A program made the position numbers and the translations under genes. The notes below the pieces were generated by a model. It made no database searches. It saw only the letters and a program-made list of their open reading frames with translations, and was not told where the DNA came from. From contig CAYXKF010000004.1 of the NCBI GenBank assembly GCA_964464735.1, positions 3,929 to 67,928 of the forward strand: a stretch of DNA of 64,000 nucleotides, in the 5' to 3' direction. Below, piece by piece: positions 17,892-27,296 of the stretch. Position 1 is the first letter of the stretch. Each line of letters starts with the position of its first letter. Source of the DNA: an uncultured Candidatus Saccharibacteria bacterium. Lineage in GTDB: Bacteria; Patescibacteriota; Minisyncoccia; Phycocordibacterales; UBA1006.

Positions 17892-19163
17892 TCAATGAGC
17901 TGCTGTCTTTACGTGGATTTTAGCTTCATTTTTGGGGATCTTTGGCATCCAAAATGGACGAAGTTTGATAATTGCCCCTTCGATTGTCGGCTTTGCGGCA
18001 AAAATAGCCTTAAGGTCAGCAAAACGCTTACCGGCCAGCTGGGTTCCAAGCGTTTTGGTATCAATAACGGCGTACGCATCCAACGTGCCGTTTTGCACCA
18101 CCTGGATAGTTTGCGTTTGCGTTGGATCAGTTTGCGACTGGCTTTGCAGTGCAAGCGTTGCGGTCGAAGTATCAGATACAGTATATGTTGCGCGCACATC
18201 AGGAAGCGTGATACCTGCCGTTGCAACAACATCATGAACAAATTCGTCTTTTGAAACTACATATGCATACACTGCGCCGGTAAGCACTGCGTCGTGTGCC
18301 GTTTCAGAGTCGCTACGCTTCTCTACCTTTAAATCTGCAAATGAATATTGGATACTACCATCAACAAGCAGATAATCCTCGTTGATGTGGCGGCGGATCA
18401 ATTCGGAACCTTCGACGCGGATGCGTTCGACAAGCTTGTCGTGGATCATGGTTTTTTCGTCAGCCGACACCGTTGGCTGCATGCCCGAGCCGCCACCGGT
18501 TATGGGCGACTTTGACCGTGCATATTGGGTCTTAAACTTAGGACTTTTTGCTTCGCGCCAACCAGGGATCACAAAATCTGTCGGACTTTGGTTGTAATCA
18601 GCACCAGCTTCGGCAGCCTCGATCGTCACTTCAAGCGATCCGGGTTTTTCTTTGGTGCCGGCAGGAACAGTAAATGGTTGATCCTTTAAAATGTAATAAA
18701 TTTTTCCATTGGGCGCTTCTAAACGTGTGCGCTCTTTCAGCGATTGCGCCGGGCCTTCGTTAAAAAGTACGACGCTTCCGGTCGCCTTGGTTGAAACTTC
18801 TTGCATCGTAACGGCACTTACTTTTTCGGTCTTGGTTACCGGAAGCACCACCAAGTGAAAACCGGCCATACCAGCAGGTGCATCCTTGGTTAAGTTTTTG
18901 GTTCCTGAAATTGGCACGTTAACCCGATGCGGCGAGGCGCTGACATTTACGTGCCCTGTTACCGATGCAATGACAATTGCAATCACCAGGCTTGCGATCA
19001 AGATACCCAAAAGCACGTACCAGCGCTGGGTGCGCAGGTAGCTTACGTGCGAATTATTTACAAACACCCGAGGCTCTGATTTTGGCGCCGGCGATTCGGC
19101 ACGCGGTGCTGGGTTTGAAAATTTGCCTTCAAATGTATTATTTTTGCGGATACCGTCAATCAT
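17892..19163 (-). CDS. Hypothetical single-pass membrane-anchored protein (423 aa)
   Basis: One N-proximal TM helix (WYVLLGILIASLVIAIVIASV), then a large extracytoplasmic domain; no recognised motif. Confidence 0.5.
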   Translation of the reverse strand: MIDGIRKNNTFEGKFSNPAPRAESPAPKSEPRVFVNNSHVSYLRTQRWYVLLGILIASLVIAIVIASVTGHVNVSASPHRVNVPISGTKNLTKDAPAGMAGFHLVVLPVTKTEKVSAVTMQEVSTKATGSVVLFNEGPAQSLKERTRLEAPNGKIYYILKDQPFTVPAGTKEKPGSLEVTIEAAEAGADYNQSPTDFVIPGWREAKSPKFKTQYARSKSPITGGGSGMQPTVSADEKTMIHDKLVERIRVEGSELIRRHINEDYLLVDGSIQYSFADLKVEKRSDSETAHDAVLTGAVYAYVVSKDEFVHDVVATAGITLPDVRATYTVSDTSTATLALQSQSQTDPTQTQTIQVVQNGTLDAYAVIDTKTLGTQLAGKRFADLKAIFAAKPTIEGAIIKLRPFWMPKIPKNEAKIHVKTAAH

Positions 19164-20218
19164 AAGTGCATTATATGTGATCGTTTAATAATATGTGCTG
19201 CTTCGCGCAGTGCCTGGTACCGTTTTGTACCCGGATACAGCACTGACTGCATTGATTCAATAACTGTTGGTGAAATTTCAAAGTGTCCCGGGGCAACAAT
19301 CGAAAGGCGTTCAAGCGTATGGGCATCAAGTGTGCGTTCGAATTCGTGGCTATGACTAAGCATTGCTTCGCGAAGACCTTTTGCAAGCTGTTTAGTAAAA
19401 AGTGGTTCGTGGCGCCGCGCTATGCCAAGCTGATTGCCAAGCATCATCCATGTTCGTGCGGTCGGCGACAGAGCAGCATATGCATGATAAATACCAACAG
19501 GAAGCGAATGCATTTGGATGCGGTTTTTTTGCGCAACAACGATTGATGAAACCGTGTCGCCCACCACCATCAGCGCTTGCCCGTTATGCAAGGATGCAGA
19601 ATTAAAACCACGCAAGACCTGCAGTGTTGCCGATGATACCTGTAAAACCGTAATGTCGGCGCGTTCGCCGTGTTCGCGGATTGCACGGTACGTTTTTCGA
19701 GGACAAATGCTTGCACCATACAAAAATGAATATTCTTTTGCACGCACTTTTTGAGCAAGCGGAAGGTTTACATCATATCCGTTAACCTTAAGGCTATACA
19801 GTACCGCGTCGACAAACCCATGGTCATTTTTTTCGGCTGCAAAATCGCGATCAAGTTCGGCCCAGGCGCGTTTTTGCAAGTCCTTCATAACTGCACGGGT
19901 AAACGCATCAGCACCCAGCTGTTTTTCGGCGTTATATTCATGCGTTACATAGTGAAAAACTGTATGCGTAAAAGCATCAGCCAAAATGCAGGTAACTGTT
20001 GGCTTATGAGAAAACCGCCACGCGCGCTTAATAAACATCGTGGCTCGCTTAAACGAACTTACCAAGTGATGATGATATCGTTTTGGCGACAGTGCGTCGT
20101 CATAATCGGCACATGCAGCGATCACGATCGAATTTCCCCGCTCGTCGCGCGCATAAATTTCGAACGAATGAACGTCAAAAAAAATAACAAAGTCGCTGGT
20201 AAGCCGATCGTTGATCAT
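19160..20218 (-). CDS. Hypothetical protein (352 aa), possibly an actin-like ATPase-fold protein
   Basis: Codon-consistent long ORF overlapping the upstream gene by 4 nt. The fold assignment is a guess only. Confidence 0.4.
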   Translation of the reverse strand: MINDRLTSDFVIFFDVHSFEIYARDERGNSIVIAACADYDDALSPKRYHHHLVSSFKRATMFIKRAWRFSHKPTVTCILADAFTHTVFHYVTHEYNAEKQLGADAFTRAVMKDLQKRAWAELDRDFAAEKNDHGFVDAVLYSLKVNGYDVNLPLAQKVRAKEYSFLYGASICPRKTYRAIREHGERADITVLQVSSATLQVLRGFNSASLHNGQALMVVGDTVSSIVVAQKNRIQMHSLPVGIYHAYAALSPTARTWMMLGNQLGIARRHEPLFTKQLAKGLREAMLSHSHEFERTLDAHTLERLSIVAPGHFEISPTVIESMQSVLYPGTKRYQALREAAHIIKRSHIMHL

Positions 20219-20273
20219 AACGTCCGCTTATTATACATCAAACAAAAACGCAAACAAGAAAAAAGTGCCGCAG

Positions 20274-22025
20274 TTATTCCAAAATCGCCTTGATACGCCG
20301 CACACCTGCCGATGATGCTTCTTCTTTTTGAATTTTAAAGCGCCCAAGTTCGCTGGTATTAGTAACGTGCGGGCCACCGCAAAACTCTTTCGATACGTAT
20401 TCGTCGTTCGAGTTTTGAATCGTATATACCGAAACGACATCAGGATACTTTGCACCAAATTCCATTTCGGCACCCAGTTGTTCTGCATCTTCGCGCTTCA
20501 TTTCACGGCGAACGACCGGCAATTTTTCAATAATCCAGTTATTTACCAGCGATTCAATTTTTTGCAATTCTTCAGCGGTTACTTTTCGGTCAAAATTAAA
20601 GTCAATACGCAAGCGCTCTTCGGTAATATTCGAACCGCGCTGCTTTACTTCTTTACCAAGCACTTCTTGAAGCGCCGCAAGTAGCAAATGGTGAGCCGTA
20701 TGCAGTCGCACGGTCTTTTCGTTGGTATTAGCAAGCCCACCCTTAAACTTTTGTTCGGCACCTGCGCGCGATTTGTCTTGGTGTTCTTTCATTTGCGCAT
20801 CAAAAGCTGCACGATCAATAACCATTCCTTTTTCTTTTGCCAATTCTTCGGTAAGTTCGATAGGAAAACCGTAGGTTGTGGCTAAAATAAATGGATCAAC
20901 ACCTTTTTCGAATTCTCGTAGACCTTGTTCTAGTGTACGATTAAATTTAAGTATTTCTTCAAGAATGACTTTTCCTATTTTTTCATCCGACAACTGAGGA
21001 TACGACTCGACATATAACGTAGTTAAAGTATTGATGACGTTGGCGATATGCAACTCTTCAAGCCCCAATCCGTTTGCACGCACAAGCGCCCGCCTCATCA
21101 AACGGCGCAGTACATAACCCTGATCCTTATTCGAAGGAAGAACTCCATCCGAAATTAAAAAAATACTTGCCCGCATGTGGTCGGCAATAATGCGTGCAGA
21201 TTTTTCGTTATAGGGATTTTTTGAGTTTAATTTGATCGCTTCAATCACTGATGCAAACAAGTCAGTCTCGTATACGTTATTCTTTCCCTGCACAACAGCA
21301 GTCGTACGCTCAAGTCCGCTCCCGGTGTCAACATTTTTTTGTGCAAGTTTACCAACCACCTTTCCGTTAACTTTTTCATACTCCATAAAAACGTCATTCC
21401 AAATTTCAATAACGTCTTCTTTTTTAACAGCCTCAAGAAATTGCTCGCGTGAAATTTCGCCAAGATTACCTACAACATCATAAAACATTTCAGTGTCAGG
21501 ACCGCACGGGCCATTATCACCGGGGCTCCACCAGTTATCCTCGGCTCCTAAAAAGAAAATCCGGGATTCAGGAATACCCAACGATTGCCAAATTTGCGGG
21601 GACTCTTCATCACGTGGTGCATTTTCGTCGCCTTCAAAACACGTCACATATAAACGGTTCTTATCAAGACCTAAGCCGATTTCTGTATTGGTTAAAAATT
21701 CAAAACTCCACTTAATGGCGTCTTCTTTAAAGTAGTCCCCCAATGACCAATTACCCAGCATTTCAAAAAATGAAAGATGGCGATTGTCGCCAATATCGTC
21801 TAAGTCACCCGTGCGTACGCATTTTTGACATGACGCCAAGCGATTTCCCAATGGATGCTTTTGCCCCATTAAATATGGCACTAGGGGTTGCATACCAGCG
21901 GTGTTAAAAAGAACCGAGGGATCATTTTCGGGAACCAGTGAAGCCGACGGTAAAACAGCATGTTGTCGCGCCGCAAAAAAATCCAAGAACCGTTTGCGGA
22001 TTTCAGCTGATGTTAGATATGCCAT
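20274..22025 (-). CDS. alaS: Alanyl-tRNA synthetase, compact form (catalytic plus editing domain, no C-Ala domain)
   Basis: Class II catalytic core; editing-domain HTAHHLL...CGGPHV motifs; ends after GVRRIKAIL; 583 aa. Confidence 0.85.
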   Translation of the reverse strand: MAYLTSAEIRKRFLDFFAARQHAVLPSASLVPENDPSVLFNTAGMQPLVPYLMGQKHPLGNRLASCQKCVRTGDLDDIGDNRHLSFFEMLGNWSLGDYFKEDAIKWSFEFLTNTEIGLGLDKNRLYVTCFEGDENAPRDEESPQIWQSLGIPESRIFFLGAEDNWWSPGDNGPCGPDTEMFYDVVGNLGEISREQFLEAVKKEDVIEIWNDVFMEYEKVNGKVVGKLAQKNVDTGSGLERTTAVVQGKNNVYETDLFASVIEAIKLNSKNPYNEKSARIIADHMRASIFLISDGVLPSNKDQGYVLRRLMRRALVRANGLGLEELHIANVINTLTTLYVESYPQLSDEKIGKVILEEILKFNRTLEQGLREFEKGVDPFILATTYGFPIELTEELAKEKGMVIDRAAFDAQMKEHQDKSRAGAEQKFKGGLANTNEKTVRLHTAHHLLLAALQEVLGKEVKQRGSNITEERLRIDFNFDRKVTAEELQKIESLVNNWIIEKLPVVRREMKREDAEQLGAEMEFGAKYPDVVSVYTIQNSNDEYVSKEFCGGPHVTNTSELGRFKIQKEEASSAGVRRIKAILE

Positions 22026-22049
22026 ATCGGCGACTATAGCAGATTTAAG

Positions 22050-22080
22050 GTAATAAAAAAAGCCCCGCTTATCGGGCTTT
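22050..22080 (-). terminator. Intrinsic terminator downstream of mgtC
   Basis: Minus-strand AAGAAAGCCCGAUAAGCGGGGCUUUUUUUAUUACC. Confidence 0.7.
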
Positions 22081-22081
22081 C

Positions 22082-22591
22082 TTATGAAGCGTCAGAACTA
22101 TCTTTCGAATTTGAATACAGCTTGTGCTTAAGTGCTTCTTCGATTCCGTGTAGCCCAGACAATACAATAAGCACCAAAACGGTCGCGGCAATTGCCAAAG
22201 TTACGTATCCAAACCCGCACGCAACACCAATGGCTGCCGCTGCCCACATGGCACTTGCGGTCGTTAGGTTGTCGACATGTTCTTTATTATGAAAGATAAG
22301 CCCAGCGCCCAAAAAGCCGATTCCGGTAACTACGCTTGCCGCAACATGGATGGGCGACATACTGATGGCGTTTGACATGCCATGCTGAAGATACTGCATC
22401 ATAGCGATTTCAGAAATTGATACAAACAATGCAGCAGCCATCGAAACTAGCGCGTAGGTTCGCATGCCTGCCGACTTATGGCGGACAATGCGCTCGAACC
22501 CAATTGCCATACCAAGCAGCAGCGCAACAACAATGCGCACAATCATAACTGAAATTACTGGTTCGATCATGCAGTAATTATAGCATGTCAA
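22082..22591 (-). CDS. mgtC: MgtC/SapB-family membrane protein
   Basis: Resembles the MgtC N-terminal signature (RIVVALLLGMAIGFERIVRHKSAGMRTYALVSMAAALF). Confidence 0.75.
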   Translation of the reverse strand: MTCYNYCMIEPVISVMIVRIVVALLLGMAIGFERIVRHKSAGMRTYALVSMAAALFVSISEIAMMQYLQHGMSNAISMSPIHVAASVVTGIGFLGAGLIFHNKEHVDNLTTASAMWAAAAIGVACGFGYVTLAIAATVLVLIVLSGLHGIEEALKHKLYSNSKDSSDAS

Positions 22592-22594
22592 TTT

Positions 22595-23683
22595 TTAAGC
22601 AACAATTCCCCCACCAATGCAGGTGTTGCCGTCATAGAGGACGATTGATTGACCCGGGGCAATTAATTCTTCGGGGTTTTCAAATAGTATCGTTAAAGTC
22701 GTACTGTTTTGCTTAACTCGTACTTGATAGCGTTTACCATGATACCGAAACGCCGCATCATATATCTTATTATCCTTTATTACTGTGCGTAATACAATAT
22801 CAGTAAGCGTGTATTCTTTTTTTGATTGCCCCACCTGTATATATTCGTCATGAGTACCAACCGTAAGTGTATTTGTTTTTTGATCGCGGCCAATTACGTA
22901 CAGCGGTTCGTGCGTACTACCCTTTTCATTTTGCGCATTAAAGCCGTGGCGCTCACCGTAGGTATACAGTTCGACTCCTTGATGCGTCCCAATTGTTTTT
23001 CCAGCACTTGTAACCTCTTGCCCTTCTGTAACTTGAATGTAATGTGCCAAGAATTCCTTCATGTCAACCAATCCTAAAAAGCAGATGCCTTGCGAGTCTT
23101 TTTTTTGCGCAACGGGGACATGAAACTTTTTAGCTAAGTCGCGCACTTCTGTTTTAAGTAAATTCCCAACTGGAAAAATGGTTTTTGATAATATATCCGG
23201 CGACAATGTCCACAAAAAATATGATTGGTCCTTGCTTGTATCTTTTGCAGCAACCAGCTGGGATGCTCCGTTGACTGTCGTTACTTGGGCGTAATGTCCC
23301 GTTGCGACAAAGTCGGCACTGTTATTCATTGCCCAATCAAAAAATAATCCGAATTTAATTTCTTTATTACACAACACATCAGGATTTGGCGTGCGCCCAT
23401 TGCGGTAATTTTCAAGCATATCTTCGGTAACGCGCTTTTTGTATTCGTCACTGACATTGTATTCGATAAAAGGAATATCCAATGCGGAACAGACACGCAT
23501 CGCATCGCGGCGTTCGTCTTGCCAGGTGCAAGTAATCCAGTCGGGTTGCCAAGTGCGCAAATACACGCCGGTAACATCATAGCCTTGCTGCTTTAACAGT
23601 GCTGCCGAAACCGCCGAATCGACGCCCCCCGAAAGTCCGACAAATACGCTACCTTTCTTCTTTTTTTGCAAAAACGAAAACAT
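22595..23683 (-). CDS. mnmA: tRNA-specific 2-thiouridylase MnmA
   Basis: PP-loop VGLSGGVDSAVSAALL; 362 aa. Confidence 0.85.
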   Translation of the reverse strand: MFSFLQKKKKGSVFVGLSGGVDSAVSAALLKQQGYDVTGVYLRTWQPDWITCTWQDERRDAMRVCSALDIPFIEYNVSDEYKKRVTEDMLENYRNGRTPNPDVLCNKEIKFGLFFDWAMNNSADFVATGHYAQVTTVNGASQLVAAKDTSKDQSYFLWTLSPDILSKTIFPVGNLLKTEVRDLAKKFHVPVAQKKDSQGICFLGLVDMKEFLAHYIQVTEGQEVTSAGKTIGTHQGVELYTYGERHGFNAQNEKGSTHEPLYVIGRDQKTNTLTVGTHDEYIQVGQSKKEYTLTDIVLRTVIKDNKIYDAAFRYHGKRYQVRVKQNSTTLTILFENPEELIAPGQSIVLYDGNTCIGGGIVA

Positions 23684-23728
23684 ACGGCCACTATACCTTT
23701 TTCTTGGTACACAGCAACTTATAAAAAG

Positions 23729-24625
23729 TTACCTAAGATATTTTCGGATATTTGCCTGTTGTTCATCAAGTGTCTTGGCAAAATGCACAAGACCCGTCTT
23801 ATCATGAATATAATACCAATAGTCGGACGCAGTAGGGCTTAATGCCGCCTCAATCATTGCTTTGCCCGGGTTACAAATTGCCCTATCAGGTAGGCCTTGC
23901 CGCTGGTACGTCGTCATATCGGCATCAACCTGCAGCGGCCAACCTTTTTCAAGTCGTTTCCATAAAATGCCTGCAATGATTTTTGCTTCGTTTGCATTTG
24001 CCGCCTCTTTTTCTAAAATCGATGCCATGATAATAATACTTTGCGCAGAACGGTTTGACTTTGCGTTATCAAGAACCGGCTGGATATTGGCATCAAATCC
24101 GTCACGCATGCGTTCGATCACTTGGTCAGGTGTCACTGAACGGAAATAATAATACGTGTCAGGAAAAAGCGTTCCTTCGAACGTTGCAGCTTTTAATATA
24201 AATTGGGCGGCATCAAATTGCGGAATCTGGTTTTTAATTTCGGACGCAATATCGCGCACCGTCATTCCCTCTGGAATCGTAACGCGCACTTGGCTTTTAC
24301 CAAAATTACCGCGGGCAGTTCGTCGTACCACCGAAAAAAATGTATACGGCTTGGTAAACTCATAATCACCCGCATGTACCTGTTTGCCCAAAAGCAAAAT
24401 GCGATAGATCAATGCGCTTTTAATGACCGAATGCTCGCGCAATGTGCGCCCTGCGCCGGTCGTCGTGATACCTGTCGGGATGGTCACCACTTGGGTTTGT
24501 GGGGCACGACGCGGAGCAAGACTAAAGTATCCCACAATAACTGTGATGATAATAATGACTAAAACCAATCCAGCTAATACAAGACTGCGCCGTTTTGCAT
24601 CCGATAAAGGAACATATACATCCAT
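23729..24625 (-). CDS. mltG: Endolytic murein transglycosylase MltG/YceG family
   Basis: N-terminal TM anchor plus the YceG hallmark MASILEKEAANANE. Confidence 0.75.
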   Translation of the reverse strand: MDVYVPLSDAKRRSLVLAGLVLVIIIITVIVGYFSLAPRRAPQTQVVTIPTGITTTGAGRTLREHSVIKSALIYRILLLGKQVHAGDYEFTKPYTFFSVVRRTARGNFGKSQVRVTIPEGMTVRDIASEIKNQIPQFDAAQFILKAATFEGTLFPDTYYYFRSVTPDQVIERMRDGFDANIQPVLDNAKSNRSAQSIIIMASILEKEAANANEAKIIAGILWKRLEKGWPLQVDADMTTYQRQGLPDRAICNPGKAMIEAALSPTASDYWYYIHDKTGLVHFAKTLDEQQANIRKYLR

Positions 24626-24628
24626 ACG

Positions 24629-25888
24629 CTACATTGGAAGGTTGGCTGGCGGTTCAGCCTTGCGTGACTGAATGCGCCCAACGCTTGGGCTTTGCAATAC
24701 GCGGCCCGGAAGGTGGAATATGGTCGCGATTTCGTCGGCAGTCATCACGTTTACAATATGGCGCTGCACCGGCGCAGTAAAAAAGCGATGGTAGATGTCA
24801 TACCACGAAAAGCTGTAAAAATGATCGTGATACATGCGCAATACATATTCTTCAAACTGGTACCGTCGTTGGCGGTCAGTTATGGTATCATTGACGTCTT
24901 GCCACGGGTTGTCAAAACCAGTCATCGCCACGCGCTTTAAGGTGTTTAAGTTCCAGCTATTAAAGCTTTCAAACAAGTGCTTGATGTTGCGGTGCTTGTT
25001 ACCGTCGTAGTTTGATTTTTTAGCAATGTAAATAACGCGGATACCCACCTTCCAAGCATGCTGTGAGATTTTACGCTCGATCTTTTCGATAATTTCCTGT
25101 TCACCCTTGGTGATGGTGCGGAATTTTTTCCATACATTTGTTGCTGTGTCATTACTTTGATGGCTTGGATCATCGCGATCAAGGATTTTGTTAATCGCCT
25201 TCTTGCCACCCTCACGCCAACTATCATCCTTTTCAGGCTGGATGATGATTTGGATCCAAAAGTATTCGTTTTTGCGCACCGTTGTGCCCATGGCTTCAAG
25301 CATGTTCACCAGCGGGTCAATTTGTTGATCAGGTTCAAGTGTTTCAAGTTTTTTATCGGTACCCAAATCGCGGTATGTCTTGATAGGCAAATGACTTGGC
25401 TGGGTCAAGCGAAAATCTCCCGAGTACATGCGGTAATCGCCTTCAGGATGAAACGGCGGGATCAGCTTGGTGTAATCTTCAGCTTCAACGACTTGCGCCT
25501 GTGGGTACTGGGCATAAATTTGTGAGGTAATAATGTCGCGGTGGTATGCCGGCGTACGGATATAAAAATGGATCTGGCCCTCAAGTGAAACAATTTCAAG
25601 AGAAAACCACGCCAAGATGCGGCCTTGGAAATATTTTTTGTAAAAGTTACCCACGCCACCTGTTTGCCACATCGAGTTCATCAAGATAAGTTCCATCGCT
25701 TCAGGCGAACGCCGAATTTCCTTAGGGACACGAATTTCAAGCAAGACCCACGGAACACTGGCCGCATGCAAATAACGCTTATAGTAAACACGCGTCCAAA
25801 ATGCCGAGTATGCCAAAAAAATCACGAACAGTGTCGCAATAATATCGCCCAACGAAGGAAGAAAAGAAAGAATCGGCGTAGAGTTCAT
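24629..25888 (-). CDS. Hypothetical N-terminally membrane-anchored protein (419 aa)
   Basis: N-terminal TM (IIATLFVIFLAYSAFW); no recognised motifs. Confidence 0.5.
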   Translation of the reverse strand: MNSTPILSFLPSLGDIIATLFVIFLAYSAFWTRVYYKRYLHAASVPWVLLEIRVPKEIRRSPEAMELILMNSMWQTGGVGNFYKKYFQGRILAWFSLEIVSLEGQIHFYIRTPAYHRDIITSQIYAQYPQAQVVEAEDYTKLIPPFHPEGDYRMYSGDFRLTQPSHLPIKTYRDLGTDKKLETLEPDQQIDPLVNMLEAMGTTVRKNEYFWIQIIIQPEKDDSWREGGKKAINKILDRDDPSHQSNDTATNVWKKFRTITKGEQEIIEKIERKISQHAWKVGIRVIYIAKKSNYDGNKHRNIKHLFESFNSWNLNTLKRVAMTGFDNPWQDVNDTITDRQRRYQFEEYVLRMYHDHFYSFSWYDIYHRFFTAPVQRHIVNVMTADEIATIFHLPGRVLQSPSVGRIQSRKAEPPANLPM

Positions 25889-25979
25889 GGTGTCACTTTA
25901 TTATATCATAAATAAAATGACAGTTTAAAGTTTTTAAGTATCAAATAAGAGAAAAACAAGGTCTGAAAAAGAACCTCCT

Positions 25980-26071
25980 CAGACCTTTCCAAAAAGCTCA
26001 CCTCAGGAGCTTGGCTTCGAGGCGGACGAAATCCGCCAGCAGGCGGATATTCGGGTTTTTTGGAAGGTCTG
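25980..26071. ncRNA. Structured ~90-nt intergenic element (copy B), homologous to 9046-9136
   Basis: Outer stem CAGACCTTTCCAAAAA/TTTTTGGAAGGTCTG. The inner hairpin ATCCGCC-AGCA-GGCGGAT shares the AGCA loop with copy A but has a different stem sequence. Confidence 0.5.
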
Positions 26072-26117
26072 ATAAAAAATGTCTGTTGGATTTTGAGTTG
26101 TTTACGTAAAAGAAAAA

Positions 26118-26145
26118 CCCGATCCTATGACCGGGCTTTTCTTCG
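26118..26145 (-). terminator. Intrinsic terminator downstream of the sigma-r4/HARE-HTH gene
   Basis: Minus-strand CCCGGUCAUAGGAUCGGGUUUUUCUUUU. Confidence 0.55.
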
Positions 26146-26156
26146 TTTGTCGTGTG

Positions 26157-27203
26157 TTACTTAGTCGTATATCGTCCGTCGTCAAGCTTTTTGAAATACT
26201 TTTGGTTCTGTAGATTTACCAAGATAGTGTTTTTCTTTAGATAGCGTTCTTTCAAAACTTTTTCAATGACTTCTTCTTTGGTAAGTGGGCCTTCGGCTTT
26301 AAGGATATCGGCAATGACTTCGCGTACCACACCTTTTTTATATCCCCATTCGCGAAGCGCATATACGCCGCGGCCAACCAATACAAAACGTTCATCCTTA
26401 ATCAATTCGTTATGGCAGGTTGCAGTATGCACCTTGCGGCCAAAAATCTTTTCGATGGCCTGCGCTACTTCACGAAAGTGCATCGGAGAGCCGTGCTTGC
26501 GCATAACAAGGTATGCATAATCTTTTACGCCGCGAGTTTTTACCGCTGATGAATCAGCATGTCCCCACTCACCTAATGGGTTCGGTGCGATCTTGTTTGA
26601 AAGGTCAAGCCATCGGCGAGCAATATCGCTATTTTTATGTTCATCCTTAATTTTACCTGCATGTTCGTGACCCAAGATTTTTTGCAATACTTCGCCTTCA
26701 GAAATCAGGTCGCCATGCTGAATTGAACTGTGAATATCCTTTAGGATTTTCTTTACTACGTCCGCCGTCTCGCTGTCGACAACCCAATGGGTCTTAAAAT
26801 GTTCGTCATCCTTAACCTTAGCAAATTGATCACCTAAGACCAGGTATAAATGCACATGATTTTGTGTCAGCCGGTCATTCGACATATGGTCAAGCAAATG
26901 TTTTTCCTCGACAACGCCGCCAAGACTGTGCATGATCTCGCCCATCTCGTCAAAAATCTGCTTTGCCTCATTGAATGAGCTTGACTTGCGAATCGCTTGC
27001 AATGCAAAGTTTTCAATTTGGCGTACACGCTCACGGGTTATCTTGTATTCTTGCCCGATTGAATCAAGCGTGCGTCGTTCGCCGTCGCCCTCAAGACCAA
27101 AGCGGTTTACCACAACATAGCGCGAACGGTCCTGGAGGTTACCAAGAAGTTTTTTTGTAAGCTGTTTGGGTTTAAAAGTAAGCGAAGCTTTTTTTGTAGA
27201 CAT
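26157..27203 (-). CDS. DNA-binding protein with a sigma-70 region-4-like HTH followed by a C-terminal HARE-HTH/winged-helix-like domain
   Basis: DSIGQEYKITRERVRQIENFALQAIRK (sigma r4-like); C-terminal GSPMHFREVAQAIEKIF...GVYALREWGYKKG resembles the RNAP delta N-domain/HARE-HTH. Confidence 0.45.
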   Translation of the reverse strand: MSTKKASLTFKPKQLTKKLLGNLQDRSRYVVVNRFGLEGDGERRTLDSIGQEYKITRERVRQIENFALQAIRKSSSFNEAKQIFDEMGEIMHSLGGVVEEKHLLDHMSNDRLTQNHVHLYLVLGDQFAKVKDDEHFKTHWVVDSETADVVKKILKDIHSSIQHGDLISEGEVLQKILGHEHAGKIKDEHKNSDIARRWLDLSNKIAPNPLGEWGHADSSAVKTRGVKDYAYLVMRKHGSPMHFREVAQAIEKIFGRKVHTATCHNELIKDERFVLVGRGVYALREWGYKKGVVREVIADILKAEGPLTKEEVIEKVLKERYLKKNTILVNLQNQKYFKKLDDGRYTTK

Positions 27204-27296
27204 AGTTATTGGCTTTGCAGGTAGCAATGAATAATGTGGTGTAATAAAGACCAAGTCATACTAGCATAACTGACTGTACTGTCAAGTACCCTTATT

